Positions 8,675 to 16,753 of a stretch of 32,000 nucleotides of DNA are shown here, in pieces. Positions within the stretch are counted from its first letter, which is position 1, and each line of letters opens with the position of its first letter. The DNA lies in the NCBI GenBank assembly GCA_021498095.1, contig JAIZWK010000001.1, positions 2,040,001-2,072,000 of the forward strand, written 5' to 3'. The notes beneath the pieces were generated by a model. It saw nothing but the letters and a program-made list of their open reading frames with translations. It made no database searches and was not told the DNA's origin. The stretch comes from Candidatus Harpocratesius repetitus (lineage in GTDB: Archaea > Asgardarchaeota > Lokiarchaeia > Sigyniarchaeales > Promethearchaeaceae). Both the position numbers and the translations under genes were made by a program.

Positions 8675-11600
8675 TTATAAAAAGAAGGAATCAAGATTTA
8701 TTTTTTGTCCATTAATAAAAACTTCTGTATATGTATAATTAGCAATATTTTTCTTTAGAAAGGCTTTTTCTTGATTAAGATCGATTGAATCTGTCTTATT
8801 ATACCAAATAATTAATATTCGTTTTTCAGTTTTTATTCCAAGAATAAACAAATATTCCACGCCATGATGCTCGTGCCATTGATAAGAATCAATTTGAATG
8901 GAGTATAAATAATTAAAAGTTTCAATCAAATCAACATTAACTGATTTTATGCCTGTATCTGATTGAATATTATATATACTTCGAAAAGGATTAGGAACTG
9001 GAAGATTACTTAACATATATGGATAGTTATGGATGAAATCATTAGGATTTAATAAATTTTGATTTGAAAATGAAATATTTTCGAAAGTGTCTTCAAATTG
9101 TTCGAGAATGTGATATTTTATTATAATTGATTTTTGTTTTGATTCTTCAGCAGTATCAATATGTCTTTTTGCGACAGAATTACTTTTAGAATCAACACTG
9201 TTAAGATCGATCAATTTTGGTTTTCCTGCGCGCCATTTAGGAGAAAAAACAAATTTAAGTAATCTGGGCTTTAAAACAGATTCAAAATAAGAACTTTTCT
9301 CAATTAAAATGAATTTTCGATGACTTTTAGAACTTTGATTCAATTCTAAAACAGCTTGTCCTGTTGTTCCTGAACCAGCAAAAAAATCTAATATCCATGA
9401 ATTTTCAGCCGATCCCAACTCAATAAATCGTTTAATTAAAGCGGTAGGTTTTGGATTAGAAAAAACAATTGTTCCAAACATTTGTTTGAGATCTGTAGTT
9501 GCTTTAGTTGTTGTTGGCAAATCTGTCCATAATGTATTTGTTACTCTACCACGGTTCATGGCTTCAAATTGATATCGTTTTCTTTGAGGTCCCGCTTCTC
9601 CGGATTTACCAAAAACAATTCTCCCTTCATTTAGCAATTTTTGAAAGGTATTATAATCATTCTTCCAACTGCAACCAGGATTTGGATAATATTCTTTACC
9701 AGTTTTTGGATTTTTAATGACATATTGTTGATTTGGCCGCCAACCTCCTACTTGAAAAGGGTCAGCTTTCCATGGTCCTTTTGGATCATTATCAGGATTA
9801 GTAAATCCCTCACCAGATTCTGGGAGACGAAATTCATTACGGTGACTGCGATAATAGGAAATATTTTTCGAAAAAATAATATTATGAGTATGGGCTTGGG
9901 AGATTAAAGCCGTATTGGTCATGGATTTCGTCGAATGCCACAATATATCCGCTATAAAATTGTGTTCTCCAAAAACTTGATTAGATAATAATCGAAAATA
10001 GTGGGTTTCATGATCATCTAAACTGGTAATTAGTAATCCTCGTTCAGAAAATAATGGATAAAGTTCAGTAAGGCTTGATTGCATTAAACTTAGCCAATAA
10101 CTATGAAGAAATCCATCATGATAAGAAAAGGTGGTATTTCCAGTATTATAAGGAGGATCAATATAACATAAGTCGATATTATTCCGATATTTATGAAGTA
10201 GTATTCGTAGTGCTTGATAATTATCAGATTGGAACAAAATTCCTGTTGTTTTTTCATCAAAATTAGAAATTGAAGCGATAATTTGATTACGAAATTTCTT
10301 AGGAAAAAATTTTGTATCGATCATCAAATTTGGAAAAGATCTTTTGAAGTTCTCACTGAATTTTAAAACATGTGAAATTTCATTTGTCTTGTGATCCTTT
10401 ATAGGAATAAAAGAAGAGAATTCCTTCAAGCTTAAAGATTGACCAAAAAGATGTTTATTTTTTATCATTTGAAGTAAATTGAAATCTAAATGTTCTTTCC
10501 ACCACTCTGTTTGTTTTTTATTTAAAAGAATTTCAGGGATAAAATGTGTAGGAATCAAATCAAGAGTCAAACAATAATCCGTTTTCAAAACCAATTTCGG
10601 TTTTTCCCAAATTTCCCTAAGGATTTCTTCAAAATTAGCCAAATGATTAATTAGTTGAAGAGAAAATTTCGTAATAAAATAACTACGAATGCGAATTTTC
10701 ATCATTCTTGCAGCAAGTTCATCAGTTAAATCGACAGCAGACTTATCAGCTAATAAATCTATTAAGTTATCATTAAACTTATCCATAAATTTAATAGGAG
10801 AATTATTTATGATTTCATCGCCAAATTCATTTGTGCGTTCATCTGTGCGTTCATTTGGGAGGTCATTGGTAAAATTATTTGAAAAAATATCCATATAAGA
10901 TGAAGATAAAGAACGAAAAGAAGGAAAAGAAGAAAAATGAACATCTTTTATGAATTTTTCAAGCTCTTGAATAAAAAAAGATCGTAAATCTCGATGGATT
11001 AGATATTCTTCCCCTTTGTATTGGCAGAGCTGTCTAAAATGCCATTCGATTGCAGAAATCATCTTCGCTTTTTTTTTTACTTTTTTTATTTTTGTTTTTT
11101 GATTTGATTGATTCGCCGACTTTTGCATTTTTTGTGCATATTCTTCAGAGAGTAATGGTTTGTAAGGATCTAAAAGATTTTGAGTAATTAATTCTTGATG
11201 ATTAGAAATAAAGTGTTGAATTTGCTCCAAATTATCTTGAAATATGTGAATAGACGAAACTCGAGTTAATTTTCTTTTCTTTTTTAATGAATGATATTCT
11301 TCAGAAGAGAGGGGTCTATATTCAAATTGAAATTTAAGATTTGAAGAATTTTTATCCCATGTAGAATCCTTTAATAGAAAATATGGTTGATGAATCCCTT
11401 TTTGTTTGCTTTCTTGCATTCTTTCTAAAGCTTGGTTACAAATAAATTCTACTTGGATATGGTGACTTGAAAATTGATACCGAATTTGGTGATCTCTGGG
11501 CTTAACATAGTATTGATCTTCAGTTGCCCACCATAGTCTGGTATCTTCTTGTGATTTTACGGCTAAATTGAGTTTTTGGGGAATAAATCTTCCATGATTA

Positions 11601-11923
11601 TAATAACGCTCAAAAAAATTAATCAGATCTCCAATAATCTGTTCAATAATCTCTTCTTCATCAATTTGATATTTTTGAAAGGAGAGTTTTCTATTCCAAT
11701 AATGAATATCTTCAGCCAAAGAGGGAATGATATCTTGAGAAATGATTTTTGATAGTTCTTTGGATCGAAAATTGAGAAATTGATGAATACCCCCTTTAAA
11801 ATTTGAAAGATCTCCTGTCAGAATCTGTTGTAATTGAATGATCAGGTTCTTTTCTCTTGCAATGAAATCCTCTTTGAATTTGTTTTTCAAGGGTATATTG
11901 CTTTTCTTCATTTTTTCTCCCAA
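8675..11923 (-). CDS. Large type III R-M Mod-like adenine DNA methyltransferase (beta order)
   Basis: Motif IV YIDPPYNTG precedes motif I ILDFFAGSGTTG; FQSDNYQAL, FSNPKP and an N-terminal FFERYY...WATEDQYYVK block typical of long Mod proteins. No Res gene is adjacent. Confidence 0.88.
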   Translation of the reverse strand: MGEKMKKSNIPLKNKFKEDFIAREKNLIIQLQQILTGDLSNFKGGIHQFLNFRSKELSKIISQDIIPSLAEDIHYWNRKLSFQKYQIDEEEIIEQIIGDLINFFERYYNHGRFIPQKLNLAVKSQEDTRLWWATEDQYYVKPRDHQIRYQFSSHHIQVEFICNQALERMQESKQKGIHQPYFLLKDSTWDKNSSNLKFQFEYRPLSSEEYHSLKKKRKLTRVSSIHIFQDNLEQIQHFISNHQELITQNLLDPYKPLLSEEYAQKMQKSANQSNQKTKIKKVKKKAKMISAIEWHFRQLCQYKGEEYLIHRDLRSFFIQELEKFIKDVHFSSFPSFRSLSSSYMDIFSNNFTNDLPNERTDERTNEFGDEIINNSPIKFMDKFNDNLIDLLADKSAVDLTDELAARMMKIRIRSYFITKFSLQLINHLANFEEILREIWEKPKLVLKTDYCLTLDLIPTHFIPEILLNKKQTEWWKEHLDFNLLQMIKNKHLFGQSLSLKEFSSFIPIKDHKTNEISHVLKFSENFKRSFPNLMIDTKFFPKKFRNQIIASISNFDEKTTGILFQSDNYQALRILLHKYRNNIDLCYIDPPYNTGNTTFSYHDGFLHSYWLSLMQSSLTELYPLFSERGLLITSLDDHETHYFRLLSNQVFGEHNFIADILWHSTKSMTNTALISQAHTHNIIFSKNISYYRSHRNEFRLPESGEGFTNPDNDPKGPWKADPFQVGGWRPNQQYVIKNPKTGKEYYPNPGCSWKNDYNTFQKLLNEGRIVFGKSGEAGPQRKRYQFEAMNRGRVTNTLWTDLPTTTKATTDLKQMFGTIVFSNPKPTALIKRFIELGSAENSWILDFFAGSGTTGQAVLELNQSSKSHRKFILIEKSSYFESVLKPRLLKFVFSPKWRAGKPKLIDLNSVDSKSNSVAKRHIDTAEESKQKSIIIKYHILEQFEDTFENISFSNQNLLNPNDFIHNYPYMLSNLPVPNPFRSIYNIQSDTGIKSVNVDLIETFNYLYSIQIDSYQWHEHHGVEYLFILGIKTEKRILIIWYNKTDSIDLNQEKAFLKKNIANYTYTEVFINGQKINLDSFFL
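10826..10857. repeat. 12-bp tandem repeat, about 2.7 copies, within mod (NERTDERTNE)
   Basis: ttcatttgtgcg ttcatctgtgcg ttcatttg. Confidence 0.8.
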
Positions 11924-11987
11924 TAATTAATAGTTCCATAGTCTGTTTATAATAATTTATGGAAAGTATATCAATAATTATTTATAT

Positions 11988-12278
11988 ATGAAATTCAAAG
12001 AGGTGTGGTTCAGTAAAGATTAAAAGAGAAAATTCCCTAATGATGTTGAGGTACTGTAAAATTGGGGTATCACGTTCTTCTCGAATGGTAATTCGCATGT
12101 TAGATTTGCTGATTTTACTGCAAATATTAGTTATATAATACCTTTGAGTCGTTCTCGCCAGTATTTCAATTTCAAGTCAATTTTTTGTCAGGGAAGTTAT
12201 AGTTATTCACCCAGTAAATTAAAGAGAATATTCTTTTATGATATATATAAGCAAGTTGTGGGATTTTTCCTCCTATAA
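11988..12278 (+). pseudogene. Possible decayed ORF (97 codons, two internal TAA)
   Basis: MKFKEVWFSKD*KRKFPNDVEVL*NWGITFFSNGNSHVRFADF...VGFFLL* in a single frame; no family recognised. Confidence 0.25.
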
Positions 12279-12452
12279 GTTAAGAAAAAAATTTATCGAC
12301 TAATTCTGTCTTATTTCAGTATAATTATAGATTTATACATATTTTTTTTAAATCTATAATAAAAAAGGTTCTTATGTGTGATAAATGATTACAATCTTTG
12401 ATAAAATCAGTAATATTTTTTTTATTAGAAGTCTGATTTTATTTATTATTAG

Positions 12453-12701
12453 ATGGAGAATTTTAAAAAAAAGTACATACAAGCGTTGGAATCAGAAAAT
12501 TCATATCAAGAATTAATTCAAATTGTACTAAACTTAAAAAAGAAAGGATTTAACCAAGATCAAGTTGTATCTCAATTTAATGATCTTCTTTCATATGTTA
12601 TTAAAAAAGGCAATGAAAAACAAGAAGAAATTCTACGAGAAGTAATGGATCTTATAGTTGGCTGGTGTAATCAAGATATGTGGCTTTTTAAGCCTGATTA
12701 A
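12453..12701 (+). CDS. Small helical hypothetical protein
   Basis: 82-aa amphipathic ORF ending EVMDLIVGWC; isolated on the + strand. Confidence 0.7.
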   Translation: MENFKKKYIQALESENSYQELIQIVLNLKKKGFNQDQVVSQFNDLLSYVIKKGNEKQEEILREVMDLIVGWCNQDMWLFKPD

Positions 12702-12851
12702 AAAAAGTAATAGAAATGCTTTACATGTGTGTTAATTGCTGGAATTTACTATATTGTGGGAATCAAAATACAAAATTGATATTTAAAAAAAGAAATCTAT
12801 CGCACAAAAAAAGAAAATAAATAAAAAATCGAACGAAATAGAAGAAAGTAA

Positions 12852-14534
12852 TTAATTTAAACGGTGATAACGATGACAATGATACACATAAAGATATAGA
12901 ATGAAGTACCCAAACACCACAGCAAGCCCTAGAAATTCAAAAGAACCTGCAATAGTAATTGAAGGTGAAGGTTGAGAATCATCATTTACGTCATCATTAT
13001 CTATGCTTGTGTCATCAGTCGTTGAATCGTCAGTAGCAGTATCGTCATTGGAAGTAGGTGTTAAGATACCTTTGCAATTAAAAATGAATGCTCCGCTATC
13101 CAATGTTTCATATCCACCAACAACTGCAAAATCTCGAATTCCATCGCCATTTTGATCAGCCATCAAAGTCATATCATAAATTTTAATTGCAAATGGATTT
13201 AGCCAGTATCCAGAACCAGAGACAGAATTTTTCCAATACCAAGTGAAGTTGTTACCGTAAAGAACACCAGTCATACCCGTTCCACCTACTGCATAATCTG
13301 GTATTCCATCTCCTGTTATATCGTCCAACTGCAAGAATCGAGTTATTTGGCCACCTGGAAGTGTTGTATTAGCAACTAGCATTCCGAAAGTTGTGGAATT
13401 AAGGCACACATCGAAAAATAAGATATCACCTTCCCAATTTCCAGTAATTACTTCAGGAAAGCCGTCTCCTGTAATATCATTAAAAACGACCAAATCCCTA
13501 AATGTACTGCCAATATTTGTCGCATTCCATATTAAGACTCCATTGCTTCCATTTAGAAGATATATTCCAGCGCGAGAAGTAGCAAGTACTTCAGGAATTC
13601 CATCATTAGTCATATCTGAAATCACAGTTATTCCTCCAACATCCGATTTAATATCGGTTTGCCAAATTAATGCATTTGCAGAAAAGTTAGTGGAAATTGC
13701 TGCAATAAAATTATCATAACCTGCAATTATATCGTCATGTTCTGTTCCATGGTTATCTATGTTCGATATCGGAATAATGCATGTATGGAATTTTCGATAA
13801 TCGAGATCTGCAGCGCCATCGCTAAATTGGAAAAAGGTGCTACCTTGATTTGGAGTTTGAAGATTCATTAATCCAACAATCTTTCCATTTGTACCTAATG
13901 CAGCTACTTCAAGTTCGTCATCATCATCAAAATTGCCTTTGCATAAACTTATTAGGGGTGTGTCGACAAAAGTTGATTTCCCATTGTCTTCAACAGTAGG
14001 TGCTGTACTATAAATGGGATTGGCAGCTTCTTGGCGAACTAATGTGCCAGTATCTGTGCCTTGAGTCGAATAGATTATCTTTGTGTTTTGATCTTGTGGA
14101 TCTACATAAGTAATAATTCCAGTTACTGCATCATCATTATCATTTTGTAATTTATTCAAACTGGTTGATTCATTTGTATAATATCCTTGTAATCCTCGCC
14201 AGCTAGCCATTCCAGTAGTTCCAACGATAATCATATCAGTAGTATTTGTATCACCTTCTCGTGTGTTTATCCCTGCAACAGATAATCCAGTAACATCTCC
14301 TAAACTCTGGGCAAATAGAATTTGACCAATACGTTTATAATCTTGAGCGGAATTGGGGGAATTACTTATTGTATTTTCAGAATTTTCGTAATTATAAGTA
14401 TTATCAGGAGTATAGAAAGAATTGATATTATTAAAAGGTATAAATGCTCCAAAAAACGAAATAAGTGTTACTCCAATTATGAAAAATCGAAGAGATCTAA
14501 AAAAGAATTTTTCAGCCATAAGAGTGATATGCAA
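12852..14534 (-). CDS. Membrane-anchored surface protein with FG-GAP/VCBS-like Ca-binding repeats
   Basis: N-terminal hydrophobic signal; repeats DMTNDGIPEV, DITGDGFPEV, DITGDGIPDY and DQNGDGIRDF; Asp/Thr-rich stalk; C-terminal TM with a short tail. Confidence 0.85.
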   Translation of the reverse strand: MHITLMAEKFFFRSLRFFIIGVTLISFFGAFIPFNNINSFYTPDNTYNYENSENTISNSPNSAQDYKRIGQILFAQSLGDVTGLSVAGINTREGDTNTTDMIIVGTTGMASWRGLQGYYTNESTSLNKLQNDNDDAVTGIITYVDPQDQNTKIIYSTQGTDTGTLVRQEAANPIYSTAPTVEDNGKSTFVDTPLISLCKGNFDDDDELEVAALGTNGKIVGLMNLQTPNQGSTFFQFSDGAADLDYRKFHTCIIPISNIDNHGTEHDDIIAGYDNFIAAISTNFSANALIWQTDIKSDVGGITVISDMTNDGIPEVLATSRAGIYLLNGSNGVLIWNATNIGSTFRDLVVFNDITGDGFPEVITGNWEGDILFFDVCLNSTTFGMLVANTTLPGGQITRFLQLDDITGDGIPDYAVGGTGMTGVLYGNNFTWYWKNSVSGSGYWLNPFAIKIYDMTLMADQNGDGIRDFAVVGGYETLDSGAFIFNCKGILTPTSNDDTATDDSTTDDTSIDNDDVNDDSQPSPSITIAGSFEFLGLAVVFGYFILYLYVYHCHRYHRLN

Positions 14535-14696
14535 AAAAGATCTAAAATACTTTTACTCTTTTAAGGAAAAATCATATATTTTTTTATTAATCCAGTAAAA
14601 ATCATTTGTATTCTTTAAAAACTGTCAGACTATTGACACAATAGACATTTCTTATATTTACTACAAAGAAATTTTGATTGGCGTGGTATTATATAT

Positions 14697-15104
14697 CTAA
14701 ATTAGATCTAATGCGATTTCCGAGAGAACAAGCATATGATTTACTACAGTCCATGAATCCCATATGTGATTTCCCCATGAAATTGGGGTTGCTGAGAGCC
14801 TTTGGATTTCTGTAGAAAAATTCCCTTTTTGGAAACATCCGATTAAAAAAACAACATCTTGAGATACATTCATTAATTTTCCAATTAGTTCTTGAATCTC
14901 ATTAAAAGATTTGTTCGGTCCTTTTTTAGTTAAAAGGAAGACTCTATCTGAAGAAAAATTCGAGGAAATCCAGTTATTGAATGAATCTTTATGTTGTGAA
15001 ATCAAAGATGATTTATGTTGAGCTGAGCTATCTATTAATGCATTTCCATAAGAATAATCACTGATTGCATCTATTCGTTCAAGAAATCTTTCATCATTGT
15101 AATT
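14697..15104 (-). pseudogene. In-frame chimeric remnant: yhbY internal fragment (15007-15104) fused to the nep1 3' half (14697-15006)
   Basis: 14697-15006 vs 21696-22005 has 14 mismatches in 310 bp; 15007-15103 vs 23131-23227 has about 20 mismatches in 97 bp. The junction is TTGTGAAATCAAA, present in both parent genes. No ATG start; GGFQKG is changed to GCFQKG. Confidence 0.9.
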
Positions 15105-15175
15105 CTAATGGCGGATTGATATTCAAAAAAATTTGTTCTCATTTTATTTTGAGTAAAAGTTGTAGAATTATTCTA

Positions 15176-15256
15176 TTAAATCGAATCTAATGCTAATTTT
15201 GTAAGGATTTACATCTAATTAAAGAGTATTTAATAAAAAAAGCAATGTTCTCCAAG
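15176..15256 (-). pseudogene. Heavily decayed nep1 3'-end fragment
   Basis: Frame reads LGEHCFFY*ILFN*M*ILTKLALDSI* vs Nep1 WGNHTLNSWTVVNHMLVLSEIALDLI*; 29/51 nt identity next to the stop. Confidence 0.6.
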
Positions 15257-15291
15257 AAAAAGTTTATACTACAAAAAGAGTAATTAATATT

Positions 15292-15996
15292 TCAAATTTC
15301 CTTCAAGTTTCCATTTTTTAAACGAAAGATTTTTTTTGCATATTTAAAAGTCTCTTTGTCATGAGTGACAGCAACAATTGTTAATCCAAAATCATTTAAT
15401 TTTTTAATAGATTTCCAGAAGATATTTTTAGTGTGATAATCAATAGAACCTGTAGGTTCATCTAAAAGGATTAACGGATTTTTGCAAATATATATGGATG
15501 CTAACGCTACGCATTTTTTTTCGCCCCCACTTAATTTTATTGTTCTTTTGTCTAGTAAATGATCAATTCTTAATTCTTTTGCTGTCTCTTTGATTTTTTG
15601 CTTTATTGTTTTTACTGGAATTTCATATAGATTCGCATTGAACTCTAAATACTCTTTTACTTTAAAACTATCAGGAAGATATATATTTTGAAATACATAT
15701 CCTATTTTTTTTCTTAGTTCAAATTGTTTAAATGACCCTGAATTAAGTATTTCATTGTTAAATAGAAAAATTTTTCCACTTTTAGGAAATTCTAATCCGC
15801 CTAATAAATATAGAAGAGTCGTTTTTCCAGAACCAGATGGTCCAAAAATAATATTAAAATCTCCTTGATTCACAATCCAATTAACGTTATTTAATATTTG
15901 CTTTCTTTTTGTACCATTTTCATAGTAAAAACTGACATCCTTTAATTGTATTGGTGGAGGTGTTTTATTATTTACATCTATATTCAATGATTTCAT
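15292..15996 (-). CDS. ABC transporter ATP-binding protein (LolD/MacB-like)
   Basis: GPSGSGKTT, LSGGEK, LLDEPTG, VTHD. Confidence 0.93.
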   Translation of the reverse strand: MKSLNIDVNNKTPPPIQLKDVSFYYENGTKRKQILNNVNWIVNQGDFNIIFGPSGSGKTTLLYLLGGLEFPKSGKIFLFNNEILNSGSFKQFELRKKIGYVFQNIYLPDSFKVKEYLEFNANLYEIPVKTIKQKIKETAKELRIDHLLDKRTIKLSGGEKKCVALASIYICKNPLILLDEPTGSIDYHTKNIFWKSIKKLNDFGLTIVAVTHDKETFKYAKKIFRLKNGNLKEI

Positions 15997-15997
15997 T

Positions 15998-16747
15998 TTA
16001 AATCTCCTGAATTTTACCGTTTTTCAAAATAAATAACTTATGATTACGGGTAATTTCTTCATTATGTGTAGTGATTAAAACGCATGCATTATTTGATTCT
16101 CTATACTTATCCAAAATATTAATAATGTTTATCTTATTTTCATCGTCTAATTGAGAAGTAGGTTCATCGCAGAGAATTAATTTAGGAAGTTTTATTAAAA
16201 CACATGCTAAATTAAGTCTCTGTATTTCACCTCCCGATAATTTCCGAACAGGTGTGTTTAAATCTAAGGAGAGATTAAAAAATTTCAGATATTTAGCATA
16301 ATCCATTTTTTCCAAATTTAATATACCTTTCTTTTTTCCTAAATGTTGATAGAGTGATAAATTTTCTTTGATACTAAGATCTAAACATAACGTTTTCGCT
16401 GGAAATTGATTTACATATCCAATTCTACTCCAATAATCTGCCCTTATAGAATATTTCATTATATATAACTTATGAATTGAATAGTGCTTAAAGTAAATTT
16501 CTCCAGCTGAAACAGGAGAAACACCTAAAATCATTCGAATAAATGTGCTTTTTCCTGATCCAGAAGCTCCCATTAGGAAATTTAGCTGATTGAATGTAAA
16601 TTTTTGATTTACACCTGATAAAATAGGGATTTTTGTATGAGGATCAGATGGATGAGGAAAAATTTTTGTTAAATCCTTTATTACCAAGATGTTATCGTTA
16701 TTTTTATCCTCATCCATTGTAATTGTACTTAATTTTGCTTCTGACAC
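15998..16747 (-). CDS. ABC transporter ATP-binding protein (GTG start)
   Basis: GASGSGKST, LSGGEIQR, LCDEPTS, TTHN. Confidence 0.92.
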   Translation of the reverse strand: MSEAKLSTITMDEDKNNDNILVIKDLTKIFPHPSDPHTKIPILSGVNQKFTFNQLNFLMGASGSGKSTFIRMILGVSPVSAGEIYFKHYSIHKLYIMKYSIRADYWSRIGYVNQFPAKTLCLDLSIKENLSLYQHLGKKKGILNLEKMDYAKYLKFFNLSLDLNTPVRKLSGGEIQRLNLACVLIKLPKLILCDEPTSQLDDENKINIINILDKYRESNNACVLITTHNEEITRNHKLFILKNGKIQEI

Positions 16748-16753
16748 TGTGAA

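Noticed and set aside
14697-15005. 102-aa ORF as a functional second Nep1
   Set aside because: It lacks the N-terminal half, has only a TTG pseudo-start at the fusion junction, and has Gly to Cys in the SAM-binding loop.
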